Assembly (NCBI RefSeq): GCF_036321535.1
Contig: NC_087436.1
Span: 19,904,001 to 19,968,000, forward strand
Direction of reading: 5' to 3'
Length of the DNA: 64,000 nt
Origin: Camelus dromedarius
Lineage: Eukaryota
Positions 50,550-62,680 of the stretch are shown here, piece after piece. Both the position numbers and the translations under genes were made by a program. The notes beneath the pieces were generated by a model, which was not told where the DNA came from, ran no database searches, and saw only the letters and a program-made list of their open reading frames with translations. Each line of letters starts with the position of its first letter. Position 1 is the first letter of the stretch.

Positions 50550-50646
50550 GGGGTCAGGTATAGCCCAGTGGTAGAGCATGTGCTCAGCATGCATGAGGTC
50601 ATGGGTTCAATCCCTAGTACCTCTGTTAAAAAAATTTTTTTTAAAT
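50550..50646 (+). mobile_element. vic-1-like SINE, short form
   Basis: ggtatagcccagtggtagagcatgtgctcagcatgcatgaggtcatgggttcaatcc. Flanks taaaatta(c/t)ag. Confidence 0.85.
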
Positions 50647-52544
50647 AAAATTATAGCATCATTACTAAGCATAAAGTTTTTTTCTTAACTTCCTCTTCCA
50701 TATGCTGTATCCACCTTTTCCTTTTCCTTTTTCATGTTCTACTTTGCTATTGCCATCCTAATGAGAATTCCCGTTAACGCATGGGTTTCAGCGGTGGCCC
50801 ATGGGGAGGGGTGGTTTTTAAGTAGATGGGCCTTTTATTCTGCACGGAGCCAAGCTCCCTGTTGGCACTCAGATGTTAAAGGTGGAAATATTGGTGCCAC
50901 AATCAGCACTTAGCAAAATATATCACTATTTAGAGCTGTAATCTTTTATGGACTGTTTTATTATTTATTGTAAATCTTTTCTTTTTGCAGCCCCGTGCTG
51001 TTGACTGTGCAGCCCATGCCATCTAATGCCTGGAATTGTCTGGTCACAGTGACAGCGGGCCCTCTCCTATTTTCACCCTGAGATTTTCCGCAGGAGAAAA
51101 AAAAAATCAAAATACACATTCATTGTTCATTTCATTTTGATCCAAAAAAGAAACTTGAATAGATCGAGATTTTGTCTTTTCTAAGTCACAAAAGGCAGGA
51201 AAAGAACTGAGGAGTTGGGTATTTCTGAGTGTACACCAGCAGTTTCCAGATGCTGCTTCTGAGTAATTACTGAGTATTTATCCGAATTAGCTGAGTCTTC
51301 CAGGGGGCCTGTTGTTGTGCAGGGCCGGAGGGGGTGTGTTGTGGCCAGTGGGGATTTTGGTAAGTGAGAATGAATGACGGTGCCGTCCCCCGTTAGCTGT
51401 TAGTCAACCTGCTGCTCTGCCAACTTTTTACCAGAAATATTAACCAGAAATAATCATTTTGGGGAGCAGATTTGGCCTTTTCCACTTGCTAAGCTCTCTT
51501 TCCAATGGAGGGGCTTTTTCACAGTAAAATGACTAAATGGAGGCAGTTGGAGAGTCAGGAAGTGAGAACAAACCTTGTGGCATTCACGGGGGGTTCCTAC
51601 TCTGCAAGAGTCGGTAACCACCTAAGTTGTCAGTCAGAGGATGGCACAGATGTACTTCAGAGTTGAGTATGTAGTTAAGCCTGCATTTCATTTACCATTT
51701 TCCTCCCTGAAAAGTGCAGACAGGGTTCATCCTGCATTGACCACCTCCTGGGCCTCCCCTCCCCACCACCCTCTCCCGGTCCCTGCAGCCTGGCTGAGGG
51801 GGCAATTTGTCCCCTGCAGAGCAGATGGGCTTTTGCACTTAACAGACCCTGTGAGGCCCAGGAGAAGGAGAGGGGCTGTGGGACTACCATCTCAGCATTC
51901 TCAGAATGACACTGCCCAGTGCTGAGTTACAAGTGCGGGGACATCCGTCCTCAGAACACGGGCCGAGAGTTGAAGATGACCACGGTTGTTGGAGATCTGA
52001 TCCCACTCAGTAAGCACATGCTATACAGGGCATGCTCCAAGTTTGGTTCCCCCTTCCTTCTCCTCTTCTGAGACCTGGATGCCAGTCTAGGCGGCTGAAA
52101 GATTAATATGCTGATGTCTTGTAGCCATAGTGCCACCGTGGGCTTCATCTCTGTGCGGAGATAGAGGTTTCCGAACACCTGATGACCTGGTTAGCTTACC
52201 CTTTCCTCTCTATTTAGGCTTAATCACAGAGATGAGCTTGCCCGGAGAAGCAGGGGTTTCAGCCAGTGGAGAATGTTAAGGATTGCAAACTGATCCGGCT
52301 TGGGTTGTGGAAGTTTTAGAAAGTCAGGGAGTATTTTAACTCCTAGAGAGAAGTAAAGACTGAAATCATTTTCACTTGTTCTATTTCTCAATGGAAAAAG
52401 CCTTCTTTGGTTACCTAGGATCCTGCGTATGGAAACTGTGCTCCCTTCCTCTGTCTCTTCCTTCTGTTCTGTCGGTTTCAAGGAGGATCTGTGATTCTGT
52501 GTTGTCCATGAGTTCCCCAGATGTCAGGAGACCAAACAGAAGGC

Positions 52545-53000
52545 AGTGTAGCTTAGCTTAATGGGCAGGGGTGCAGAATGTGATGCCAACAGGCTTGGGT
52601 TCAGATCCTGTCTCAGCCCACAGGCAGGGGCAACTCCTTCTCTGTACTTCAGTTTCTTCATCTGTAAAATACAGATGATGGTAATAATGGTCTCCACCCT
52701 ATGGAGGGTTCTTGGGAGGATCCAATGAAGTTAATGCACACAAAGTACTTTAGAGCAGTGCCAGGTACTTGGCAAGCAGTATATGCGTCAGTTGCTGCTT
52801 TTTTATTGAGCATGTACTACGTACTAAGAACTTTAACCTGAAATATCTTACTTAACCCTTTATAGCTCCCCAGTAAAGATGGTATTTTAAAACCTCTTTT
52901 CCAGTGATGGAACTGAGAGGTTGTGGACAAAGAGCACTTCACCGTGAAGTGGGCAATACGGAATTCAGACTCAGATCCCTCTGATTCCAAGCTCAGCACT
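52545..53000. mobile_element. Two adjacent MIRs in opposite orientation (+ ~52545-52800, - ~52801-53000)
   Basis: ctgtacttcagtttcttcatctgtaaaat (+), then gatggaactgagaggttg...cagatccctctgattccaagctca (-). Confidence 0.65.
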
Positions 53001-53560
53001 AACCCACAGCACTTCCACCTCCAGGCGTGAGTGGAGACGAATGCAGAGCATTGCATGTTTGGCCTGAGACTGAGGCTCTGTTAACCTAGTACCTTCTCTT
53101 TATAGATGAGATCTTAAACCAGGCGTAAGCTGCCTTGACTTGTCAGAGTTTCTCTATCAGTTCTTTGCTCCAAACATTGCCAGTCCTTTTGTGCATTTCT
53201 AGCATCCAGCCTGACTCCCATCTAATTCTCTGCTCCCTCAGGAGAAATCTTTTCTTTTCTATACAGAATAAAGTTGGCCTCCAGTGTAGACAGTTACTTG
53301 GGAATGTTGTTGCCTTCGGTGACTGTGTCCCTTTCAAGTCAGTTTTATCTGAGGGGCTGGGTGGTAAGAGAGCTTCACTTCCTGCATCAGTGGAAATCTG
53401 TTGAAGAGAACATGTGTGAAGATGCAGAGCTTGCCCGTTTCCACTTCTTAGCAAAACCGAGGGTGCCCTTCCCAGCAGCAGCGTGGCGGCCTCTGCCCGG
53501 TTCTCCTGGACGCCATAGGGTTGGTTTGAAATGTACCTGTGGTCTTTACCTGCTCTATTT

Positions 53561-54038
53561 TTTTTTTTTTAACTGAAATACAGTCGGTTTACAATGTTGT
53601 ATTCATTTCTGGGGCACAGCATAGTTATTCAGATATATATATATATATATATATATAGATATATATATATATATATATATATATTCCTTTTCAGATTCTT
53701 TTCCATTATAGGCTATTACAAGGTATTGAGTATAGCTCCCTGTGCTATACAGTAGGACCTTGATGTTTATCTATTTTATATACAGTAGTTAGTATCTGCA
53801 TATCCTGAACTCCCAGTTTATCCCTCCCCACCCTCTTTCCTCCCCTGGTAACCAGAAGTTTGTTTTCTATGTCTGTGAGTCTGTTTCTGTTTTGTAATAA
53901 GTTCATCTGTACTGTTTTGGGGTTTTTTTGTTTGTTTGTTTCCCCATTTAAGTGACATCACACGGTCTTTTTTTGTTCTTTTTCTGGCATACTTCACTTA
54001 GTATGACAATGTCCAGCTCCATCCATGTTGCTGCAAGT
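53561..54038 (-). mobile_element. LINE-1 3' fragment containing a (TA)n tract at 53633-53683
   Basis: Poly-T, then aactgaaatacagtcggtttacaatgttg through catccatgttgctgcaa. TSD cctg(ct/cc)ctattt at 53549-53560 and 54039-54050. Confidence 0.9.
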
Positions 54039-55184
54039 CCTGCCCTATTTCTTAGACTGTTTTTCAGTCTGCATGTGTCGCTGCTGCTTTGCAGGGTTGG
54101 CCACCAGAGTCATCATGTCCCGTATGGACTGCTGCTCTGGCCGCCTGCCTTGTGTTCTTCGGCCTGCCCAGCAGGATCTCCTGAAAGTGAACTCGTATTC
54201 TGTGCTCCCTTACTTAAAGCACTGCAGGGCTTCCCAGTACTGTCAGGACGAAGCCGTGATCTCTGCGTGCCATGAGCCTGCCTCGCCCGCCGCTTCAGCC
54301 TCATCCCCCCACCACCACCCGCAGACTGGCTGTGTTCTCACGCTCTGCAGGGGACAGTTCTCCCAGCCCCCGGGAACCCTGACAACCCTACTCCCCACTC
54401 AGGTCTCAGCTCAGTTGTGGCTTCTGCAGGAAAAGCTGGCCTTCCAGGCCAGGCCAGACCCCCAGCTATAACCCCATGCCCCTCTCTTCCACAGCATTAG
54501 TCTAGTCTTTGAACCCCCCCGACATTTGCCACTGTAACCAACGTTGCTGAGTTATGTTTCCAGTGTCTGGCGCATCCAGGCACTCACCAAGTGCTACTGT
54601 GAAGCTGAGGGAATGAGGGCACTGCGCACCTTTCTCTGTGGCAAGAAAGGTGGTATTTCTAGGTACCCGTATGGGGCCCCTCTTGGGACTCTTGTCGTCC
54701 CCAAAGGGAAGAATCCACATTTCAGACCAAACAGTTCCATGAGCTCTCATATTCCAGGGTGATTCCAGGATAACCGAAGACCTATCGCCTGACCTTTGTT
54801 TACCCTGTGCCCTTGGGCCAACCTGTGGTACTTCCCATGTGAACTGTCCACTCAGACCTCAGGATGTCGCCGTCACCTTGTATAGACACTTCAGGGCTCA
54901 GGAGGTGGGAATTGCGAAATCTGACGCTCTGGGTCCAACCAGCAATCCTCCAAGGTCTCTACTTCCTTAAAGGTTCTTTGATTCTAAACAGTTTTCTTTG
55001 TGGAAGAGTTGGAAATTAACCTAACTTGCCCCAGCAGTCAACTGACACTTCCAAATCAGAGCGACCTTTCCTTCATGCATTTTATGCAAGGAAACTACAC
55101 TTTTTGTCAGCTTACGAGGAAAGGGTGATTAATGCATGTTCCCTTTTGGCCTAGACCGAGATACAGATTAAAAATAGCTTGCCT

Positions 55185-55375
55185 TTGGTGAGCACTTGCT
55201 GTTTGCCAGACACAGCGAAGAGAGTGCTACATGGACTAGCAACTCAGCCCTCCCAGGGATGCAACCATCATCCCATTAAACAGACAAGAAACAAAGGCTC
55301 AGAAAAGTCAAATGATTTGTGCAAGATCACACAGCCGTAAGTGGCAGAGCTGGTATTTGAACCTAGAACTGCCCA
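55185..55375 (-). mobile_element. MIR SINE
   Basis: cccattaaacagacaagaaacaaaggctcagaaaagtcaaatgatttgtgcaagatcacacagccgtaagtggcagagctggtatttgaacc. Confidence 0.75.
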
Positions 55376-56928
55376 CCCTCCCGTGCACGCTCTTAGCCCC
55401 CACGCTGCCTGGCCTCGTCCTCTCATGGGACTTGTGTCAGTTTCAGGTTGGGAGAAGTTTGGTGCAAAATGACACGTCTTCCAGTCTCCATCACCTGCTA
55501 GCCTGTGGCCGGTTCACTATTATAGCCTATTTAAATTGTTCTATGCTTAAGATATAAATAAAAAGCATGCCACACAAAGTTGCATTAAATCTAGCCTAAC
55601 AGCTAAATGAAACTGTATTAATCATGTGTTTTACTTAAAAAAAAAAAAAAAGACACGTCCTCCATTTTATCGCAGTATTTTCTTTTTAGCATTTAATAAC
55701 AGTGATAGCCTTGCGGCATGTTTAAAAAGCATTACCTGTCATGGAGTCATAGGCTTGCGTGCCCTCAGGTCTGTTCCTTCCCCTGATCCGTCGTTTTGCA
55801 GGAGCTGATCCCTGCTGGCTGCGTGGCCCTGACTTCTAGGCAGGTTCAGCCAATCAGAGCCTTTGATGGGGTGGGGGGCGGGGCTTCAGAAAGAGCTGGA
55901 GTATTTCCCTCCCTCTCTGTCTCCTGCAGCGGCTGCACCTCCCTGGTTCCAGCTGCCCCCTGGGCAGGCTCACCATGAGCCCTGGGCTCCGTTTAACTCT
56001 TTCTTTTGTCCCTCCAGCCTCAGGGTGGTGGTGGCTTCTTGCTCCTCCTGTTTCTGAGCTGCGCTACTGCCCCCTATGAACCTTCCACCACCTGTGTACC
56101 CAGGTCCCTCAGTGATGCTTTCTCTGTTGTAAACAAATTCGGCTTTCAGTTCTCCATGCTGGACTCTGCTGTCTACTCCAGTATGTGGTCGCAATACTTA
56201 CAGTTTACTTGAGAGGCACGGGAAGATGAATGCTTTGATTGCGTTAAAACCCTCTGATTAAAAGCATCCAAAGCATTTATGTTCACTGTGGCTGTGGTAT
56301 TAGAGGAAAACCCTGGTTGGGTGTCGGGTGTCCCTGGTTCTAGTTCTAGCTAAGTCACCAGGGGAGCTTAGAATCACTCAAGTCAGAGCCTTGGTTTCTT
56401 GGAAAATGGAGATGCTCCCCAGGGTTCTTCCTGGCAGCCCCATTCACTGGCTCTAACTCCTTCCAAACCAAGGCAGTTGTAGGATGCAGACTCAGCTTCC
56501 ATGGGGACCAGCAAGCTGTCTCCTTCAGTGCAGTGGTCCCTGACTCCAGCTGTCTGCCCTTCTGAGGCATGCCCTTGGTCCTTGAGGGATCAGGTGACAG
56601 AATGTGGGTGAGCCGGAGCACATCTGTCCCCACTCTGGAAATAACCTCAAACAGACCTCTTTGGTCTGACTCAGGTGGTTGGTCTCCATCTGGGCGCACA
56701 ACACACTCATAGAACATACAGTGCAGGAGGAAGATACACTTCTCAGCTCTCCTGACTGTGGGTTTAACAATGTTTCAAACATGATGTTTCATATATATTC
56801 ACTTTAAGTATAAAACCAATAGGTAGAATCTACAGACGGCACTTATCTGCTATGATACATTTTCTTTCTCCATTTTAAGGATAGTCCTCTTACATTCTGT
56901 AAACACCATTTTTAAAAGATTCTTTATG

Positions 56929-57030
56929 GTGCGCGTGCACACGTGCTTGCACTCACGCGCACGTACGCACTCGTGTACGCGTGTCTGTGTGTGTCTGTGT
57001 CTGTGTGTGTGTCTGTGTGTATGTCTGTGT
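56929..57030. repeat. Alternating purine-pyrimidine (CG/TG-rich) tract upstream of exon D
   Basis: gtgcgcgtgcacacgtgc...tgtctgtgtgtgtctgtgt, directly visible. Confidence 0.85.
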
Positions 57031-57105
57031 ATCGGGGACCAGATGCTCTGGGTATCTTAAATAACATTGATTTACTAAACTTCCCTCCTCCTCTCCCACC
57101 CCCAG

Positions 57106-57209
57106 CCCTTTTTTTTCAGAAGATACATGTAGACAATCACCATTCACCTTCAATTCAAAAGACCTGCTGCCCAGTGAACCTGTGCTTCACGGAAGAATAT
57201 CAGCTCCAG
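57106..57209 (+). CDS. ZNF827: ZNF827 internal coding exon D (104 nt, phase 2-1): (S)PFFSEDTCRQSPFTFNSKDLLPSEPVLHGRISAP
   Basis: Branch-point-like tactaa at ~57073, C-rich pyrimidine tract, cccccag|C acceptor and CCAG|gtatgg donor. In frame with exon C. Matches the recalled ZNF827 peptide. Confidence 0.92.
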
Positions 57210-60200
57210 GTATGGAAACATTGTTGATTTTGCTTCTACTGCTGGTTGCTTAAAAATTGCTTTCCTGAAACATGTGGGTTTTCAGATACTTTCAGTTTGT
57301 AGGTAGAAGTTATTCGTAGGAAGCTTGGATTTTGACGGGAGGGAGAAACTCAATTTAAATAGCCACAGAAGTTGGTTAAAATCAAATGCAGACGATCGTA
57401 AAGCTCTTCTTCTTTGCTGCAGGAGCCTGTCATCCTCTCCCCGCTGATGTTTCATTTGTAAAGTGAATTCCTTTGAAATAGCGAAGTGTATCCTAGACAT
57501 AATTTGCTTTCCACATTGTCAGTATTTCAGGCAGGCAGCCAGGAGGATAGAAGGGAACAGTGGCGGGGATGCTGATCACAGGCAGGGAAGGTCATAACCC
57601 TGGTAGGGTGTGGGCCACCCCAGAGGCCACTTCGGTTTCCATGGGAGCAACACAGCTTGTGAAGACAGCCTTGCCACCCAGGTCTCACCTCTCTTCTTAG
57701 TCAGAGGATCTGCATAGAGCCATCCACCACTCCCTGTTGACATCTCAGCATCACTGCACAATTTCTTCTCCACGCCTCCTTTTTCATGGCTCTTTACTGA
57801 GCCAAAAGGAAGATGTGCTTGCTGTCCCCTGACCCACAGCGTGGCCGTCCCCCAGGGCGTTCTCAGAGTTATCCTGAAATGTGAACATTTGAGAACCCCT
57901 GCCCTGGAGCTCCCCACCCCAACCCCAGTACCCATTCAGCAGCCACTTCCAGCTCTTAGCCACTGAGAGAATTTCAGAAGCTTTTGGTGGCTCACACCCA
58001 TTCATTCGCCCAGGAGAGAACAAGGCCACGTGTGTGCAGGAGGGGCTCACAGCAGGGTAGTTGGCTGGGAGTTTCCACAAGAATAAAGTCCAAGTGTCCC
58101 CCTCACACAGAAGGAGCTCGGTGTCAGAGGCACAGATGGTTGGAGAGCTGAGCATTTTGCGATTCAGAAAGGGCCAACGAGCATCTTCGGAAATACTGGC
58201 TTGGGGGAATCACAGGTCGTTGGAAGCGGTTTGTGACAGACCGTGGGGGAAAAAGCCATTCTTGATCGTCCTTTAGTCTTGTGATGTCAGATCCATTTCT
58301 TCTCATCTCCAAAGAACCCTGGTACCTGCACGCTTGTTAGCCTTGCAGGGCTTTTCTGTTCAAATACCATAAATAACATGCTTACACAAAAACACGTTAC
58401 ATAATACCTGGTTCTAGGGGTGGAAAGAAATTCTGCTTAGTTGATGTCTTCATTCTCAAACAGGGGCTATTTGAACTCCTGTTTACTTCCCACAGTGTCA
58501 TTTTGAATAGCCATCTCCCCGGTCCCTAAATTATCACCCTGCTGTTAAGTTGATGGATTGTGACTTTCTAATGTCAAAATAACTGCCTAGGAATTGCCTG
58601 TCAGAGTGCTGTGACCCATCCAGCCAGCATCCTGTGATGTATCTACAAACCCTGCATCGTTGGCTTAATGTTTGGCCTGGCTATATTTTAAGAAGGGTTT
58701 ATTGGTCAAGTGACAACGTGACCTCAAAGAGTGATATGTTTAACTGTGTGTCTTGTGTCGGGGGTGGTGGAGGCGGGGGTGGTGGAGGCGGGGGCGGGGG
58801 GGGCTTCCTGTGATTTCCTTGACAGACCTTTATTACAAATTCAATCAACTCACACTTAAAAAGTTAACTCTTATTTGAGGGCTCGGGAGTCAGCATCCCT
58901 GAGACTTTTTAAAATGTAAACCCGTCATTCTAAGGGCTAATCAACCTCTGTTCCTGAAGAAGCCTTTCTTTAGGCAGAAGATAAACAAAATGACTATATT
59001 TAAATTTTGCCAAAATAGACAACTCAAAGGGAACTTTTAAAAAGTAAGGTTGAAAATGCTTTAAAAATGGAGTTAAAATTAGAAAAATTAGAAGCGGTAA
59101 GGACAACCTTGCAATCACAGAGTTCTTGTAATCTGAAGATATGTTTTGTAAGGAAGCTCTTGATGACTTGGACTAATTGTGGAGAAGATCAGTCTGAATT
59201 GACGAAAGATTACAGTGGGGAGACTTTTCGAGAAAACATGTCTTTGACGTCTGGACAGTGATAAACAGCCTTCGTATACCGTCTACCGTATCTTCCCAAT
59301 CCCTTCTGAAAATTCTGAAATCTAGCCACAATGTTTTGAATAGGTGACTTGGTGGCAGGACCTAGTGGGAGGCTATTTATAGCCTTTATGCCAAGGGTGA
59401 AGTTCATACATTATGTTGCAGAAGTATCAACGTGCTTGATTATGAAGGCCCATTGGAGTGTTATATAAAGCACATCTTATGTACCGTATTATCATCCTGA
59501 AATAAAAAACAGTATGAATCCCAAAATATATCAAGCCCCAGGGGTCTCCCATACATACTGTGGACCTACGTTTATTCCCGGACTCTGCTAAATGCAGTGC
59601 TGGGAACAAAGAAATCTTAAAGCTCCAGTGAAAGATCTTAAGAGTCTATGGTGTAAGAGTCATGAATCCCTATGGAAAATTTCGGGAGACCAAGTGAGCA
59701 GCAGGTTTCTGAATCGTTGGAGATGTGGCAAGAATGAGTTGCCCCGTGGGGGCTGCATCGTTAATAGGGCCGGAGTTTGAGAGAAAAGGAGGAGGGGGTG
59801 GGACAGGCGGACCGAGTCTAGCTGACCTGTCCGAGAGACGGGTTAGCTTTGCTACAAGCAGGTAGAATTTGGAAACAGTGGTGGCCGTGCAGAAATGGGG
59901 AAACCAGGAAGGAGACAGCTGGTTTTAGTGACTAGGCCAAATATAATTTGTTGTTAGTATAGAAATAAAAGCCTCAGCATCCTTAGAAATCTTCTCTTGG
60001 CTAATTTAAACGTCACCATTAAAATATGATTTCTATTCTTTATTTACTTAGCAAACTTCATCTTGCCACAGATCATGCAAAGATAAACATCAGCCTCGAG
60101 AATGATTTCAAATTCCTTATTACTGAAGACCATAATTAGTGAGGTTTAATGAGTTCCAATCCAAGAAGTCCCTTGCAAATGCTGAAAACCCACAGCATTA

Positions 60201-62076
60201 GTTCAACAGTATATATTGGTATATATTTATATACCACTCTCAATGGGATAAACCTCTTCCAGACACCTTTGGAGTGAGACCCAGGGGCAGGGGAGGGCAC
60301 CACATGAGAGTAACACGTAAGGCCTGGCGGCTCCGGGCCCCAGGGATCCAGGCAGTGGGTTGTGATTGTGTGTCAGGCCCTTGGAGGACGAAGCAAGTGG
60401 TGTGGGAGAGAGCAAAGTGGGGAGAGGTGGGCGCACTACGGATCGTGGAGAAATCGAGAATAGCACAGTTAACTAGGCATTTGCCTTGGGCAGATGGTAT
60501 CTGAGACACACAGCTGCCACCATCCCGGAGGAACAGAATAAACACAGGGCTTCACGGCGTCCTGGCTCGCCTTGTGGCCACTATTTCTAGACTGACTTGC
60601 CTGTGAACCACAGAATGCTCACGAGCCAACACCTAACATTTTTACTTGCTGCGAATGTCTTCGACAGAGGTAGCACCAAGAATCCTGAATAAAACAATGA
60701 GTTGAAAGCTGCTATCACCTTCTGCTGGAGAGATGTGAGGACAGAGTATCCTGAAAGCCATGAACAGATTACTGAGAGCATCCAGGGTGGTGCCGGGGCG
60801 AATGGTGATTTTACAAGAGAAATCAAAGAGCTTTCCTATGACGAGGGAGACAGAAATTACAGACCGTGTATAATTTAATGTATTTGTCTAATTTATAGCC
60901 GTCTCATTTTGTAATAAAGTCACACTCTTAGAAGGAAGATTCTGAGGTCAGATGTTTTTCAGGGCATGGAGGAGGGCGGCTCTGTGGGAGGAGGAGACCC
61001 ATTACCTTTGTATCTGTGGCTATTGGTGTTTTCCCATCGTCTTCCCAGAGCAAAGGCTGTTAAGAGAAGGATTTACGTCTGGGCACTGCTTTTAAGCAAT
61101 GTAGCGCTTCAGTTCTGTTTTATTATGATTTTGAAGTCACAGTATGTTTGCTCTGTATTAAGCCAAAAAAACAAAAACACAACCAGAGCGGGTGTGAAGG
61201 AAAATGTGGGTCTCCGTGGAATTCTCTTGCAGTGTTTGGAGTCACCGAAGCTTCCGTTTGTTATTTCAGATGGAGCTTAGAGTTAGGCGGTATAAAACAT
61301 CTCAGCAATTGTGTTTGTAAATCCCTACCCCCAGTATTTGCTAACTTCCCTTGAAACAAAAAGAAACTCTTTTTGTTATTATTTGTAACCCACAAACAAG
61401 AAGTAAAGAACACGGGCAAATTGTAGTTCTTTTCAAGACTTGATATGCCAGTCAGGTTTGATGTTAAATAAAAAGGCTGGCTTGGAATGGTCTACCTTGT
61501 CCCCAGGCCAGTTCTTGTTCCATTTTCCTCTCTCTGTTCTGCCGATCAATCTAATTGAAGTCATACCAGCTCATAGACTTTTCTGAAATCTAAATAAATG
61601 GTGCCTAGCATCAGAGTACCACCTGCAACTCACCCTTGGCCCGCCATGCTGCTGGCCAGCTGCGAAGGACCTCTCTCTAGCATGGGTTCAGAAGGTGTGC
61701 ATGTCACCTTTCTTCCTGTTAAGACTTGCCAACTCACATCTCAAGAGAGAGACGTACCAAGCTTTCCTGGATTCCAGCAAAGTGTTTTTCTCAATCCTTT
61801 TTCAAACACAGCAGATTCTTTTAAAATGCAGACTAAGTCATATAAACAGGAGAACGTTGGGTGTTGTTGGTGTGTGTCATGTTGTGGCTTAGGCTTCTTT
61901 TGGATTAACCACATTCGTTCTGGACAGAGGAGGAAGGTAATCGTTATCCAGAACCTGCCAGGTGGTCAGACCCGGGATCTGTGTCATCACATTTAATTTT
62001 GAAAACAAACCATGGAGACACAGGAATTATGCTCAATCTTACAGATGGTTAAATGGAGATTCAGAGAGATTTAATA

Positions 62077-62377
62077 CTCTTTTTCCAGTTTTACTGAGAC
62101 ATAATTGACATACAGCATTGTATTAGTTTCAAATGTACAGCCTAATGACTTGAGACATACATGAATATATGGAAGTGATTACCACAATAAATCTAGTTAA
62201 CATCCATCACCTCACATAGTTACAAACGTTTGTTTCTTGTGACTGAGAACCTTTAAGTTCTACTCTCTTAGCAACTTTTAAATATGCAATACAGTTTTGT
62301 TAACTATAGTCACCATACTGTACATTACATCCCCCAGAACTTATTTATTTCATAACTGGAAGTCCGCATCTTTTGTG
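62077..62377 (-). mobile_element. L1MA-like 3' end inserted into a MIR
   Basis: ttttactgagacataattgacatacagcattgtattagtttc...ctgtacattacatcccccagaacttatt. TSD gagaga(t/c)ttaata. Confidence 0.85.
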
Positions 62378-62387
62378 GAGAGACTTA

Positions 62388-62680
62388 CAGGCAGACCTCA
62401 GAGATATCCCAGACCACCACGATAAAGTGAGTATCACCACGAAGCGAGTCACACAAACTTTTTGGTTTCTCGGTGCATATAAAAGTTATGTTTACACTAT
62501 ACTGTAGTCTCTTCAGTGTGCAACAGCATTATGTCTAAAAAAAAAAGTACATACCTTAATTTAAAAATACTTCATTGCTTAAAAGTACACATCATCTGGC
62601 AGCACATGATTGCCTCAAACCTTCAATTTGTATTTAAAAAATGCAGTATCTGCGAAGTACAATAAGGCGAGATACGCCTG
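62388..62680 (-). mobile_element. Internally deleted Tigger1-derived non-autonomous DNA transposon (293 bp)
   Basis: TA|caggcagacctc...cgagatacgcctg|TA. Both terminal inverted repeats and the TA duplication are present (62386-87, 62681-82). Confidence 0.88.
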
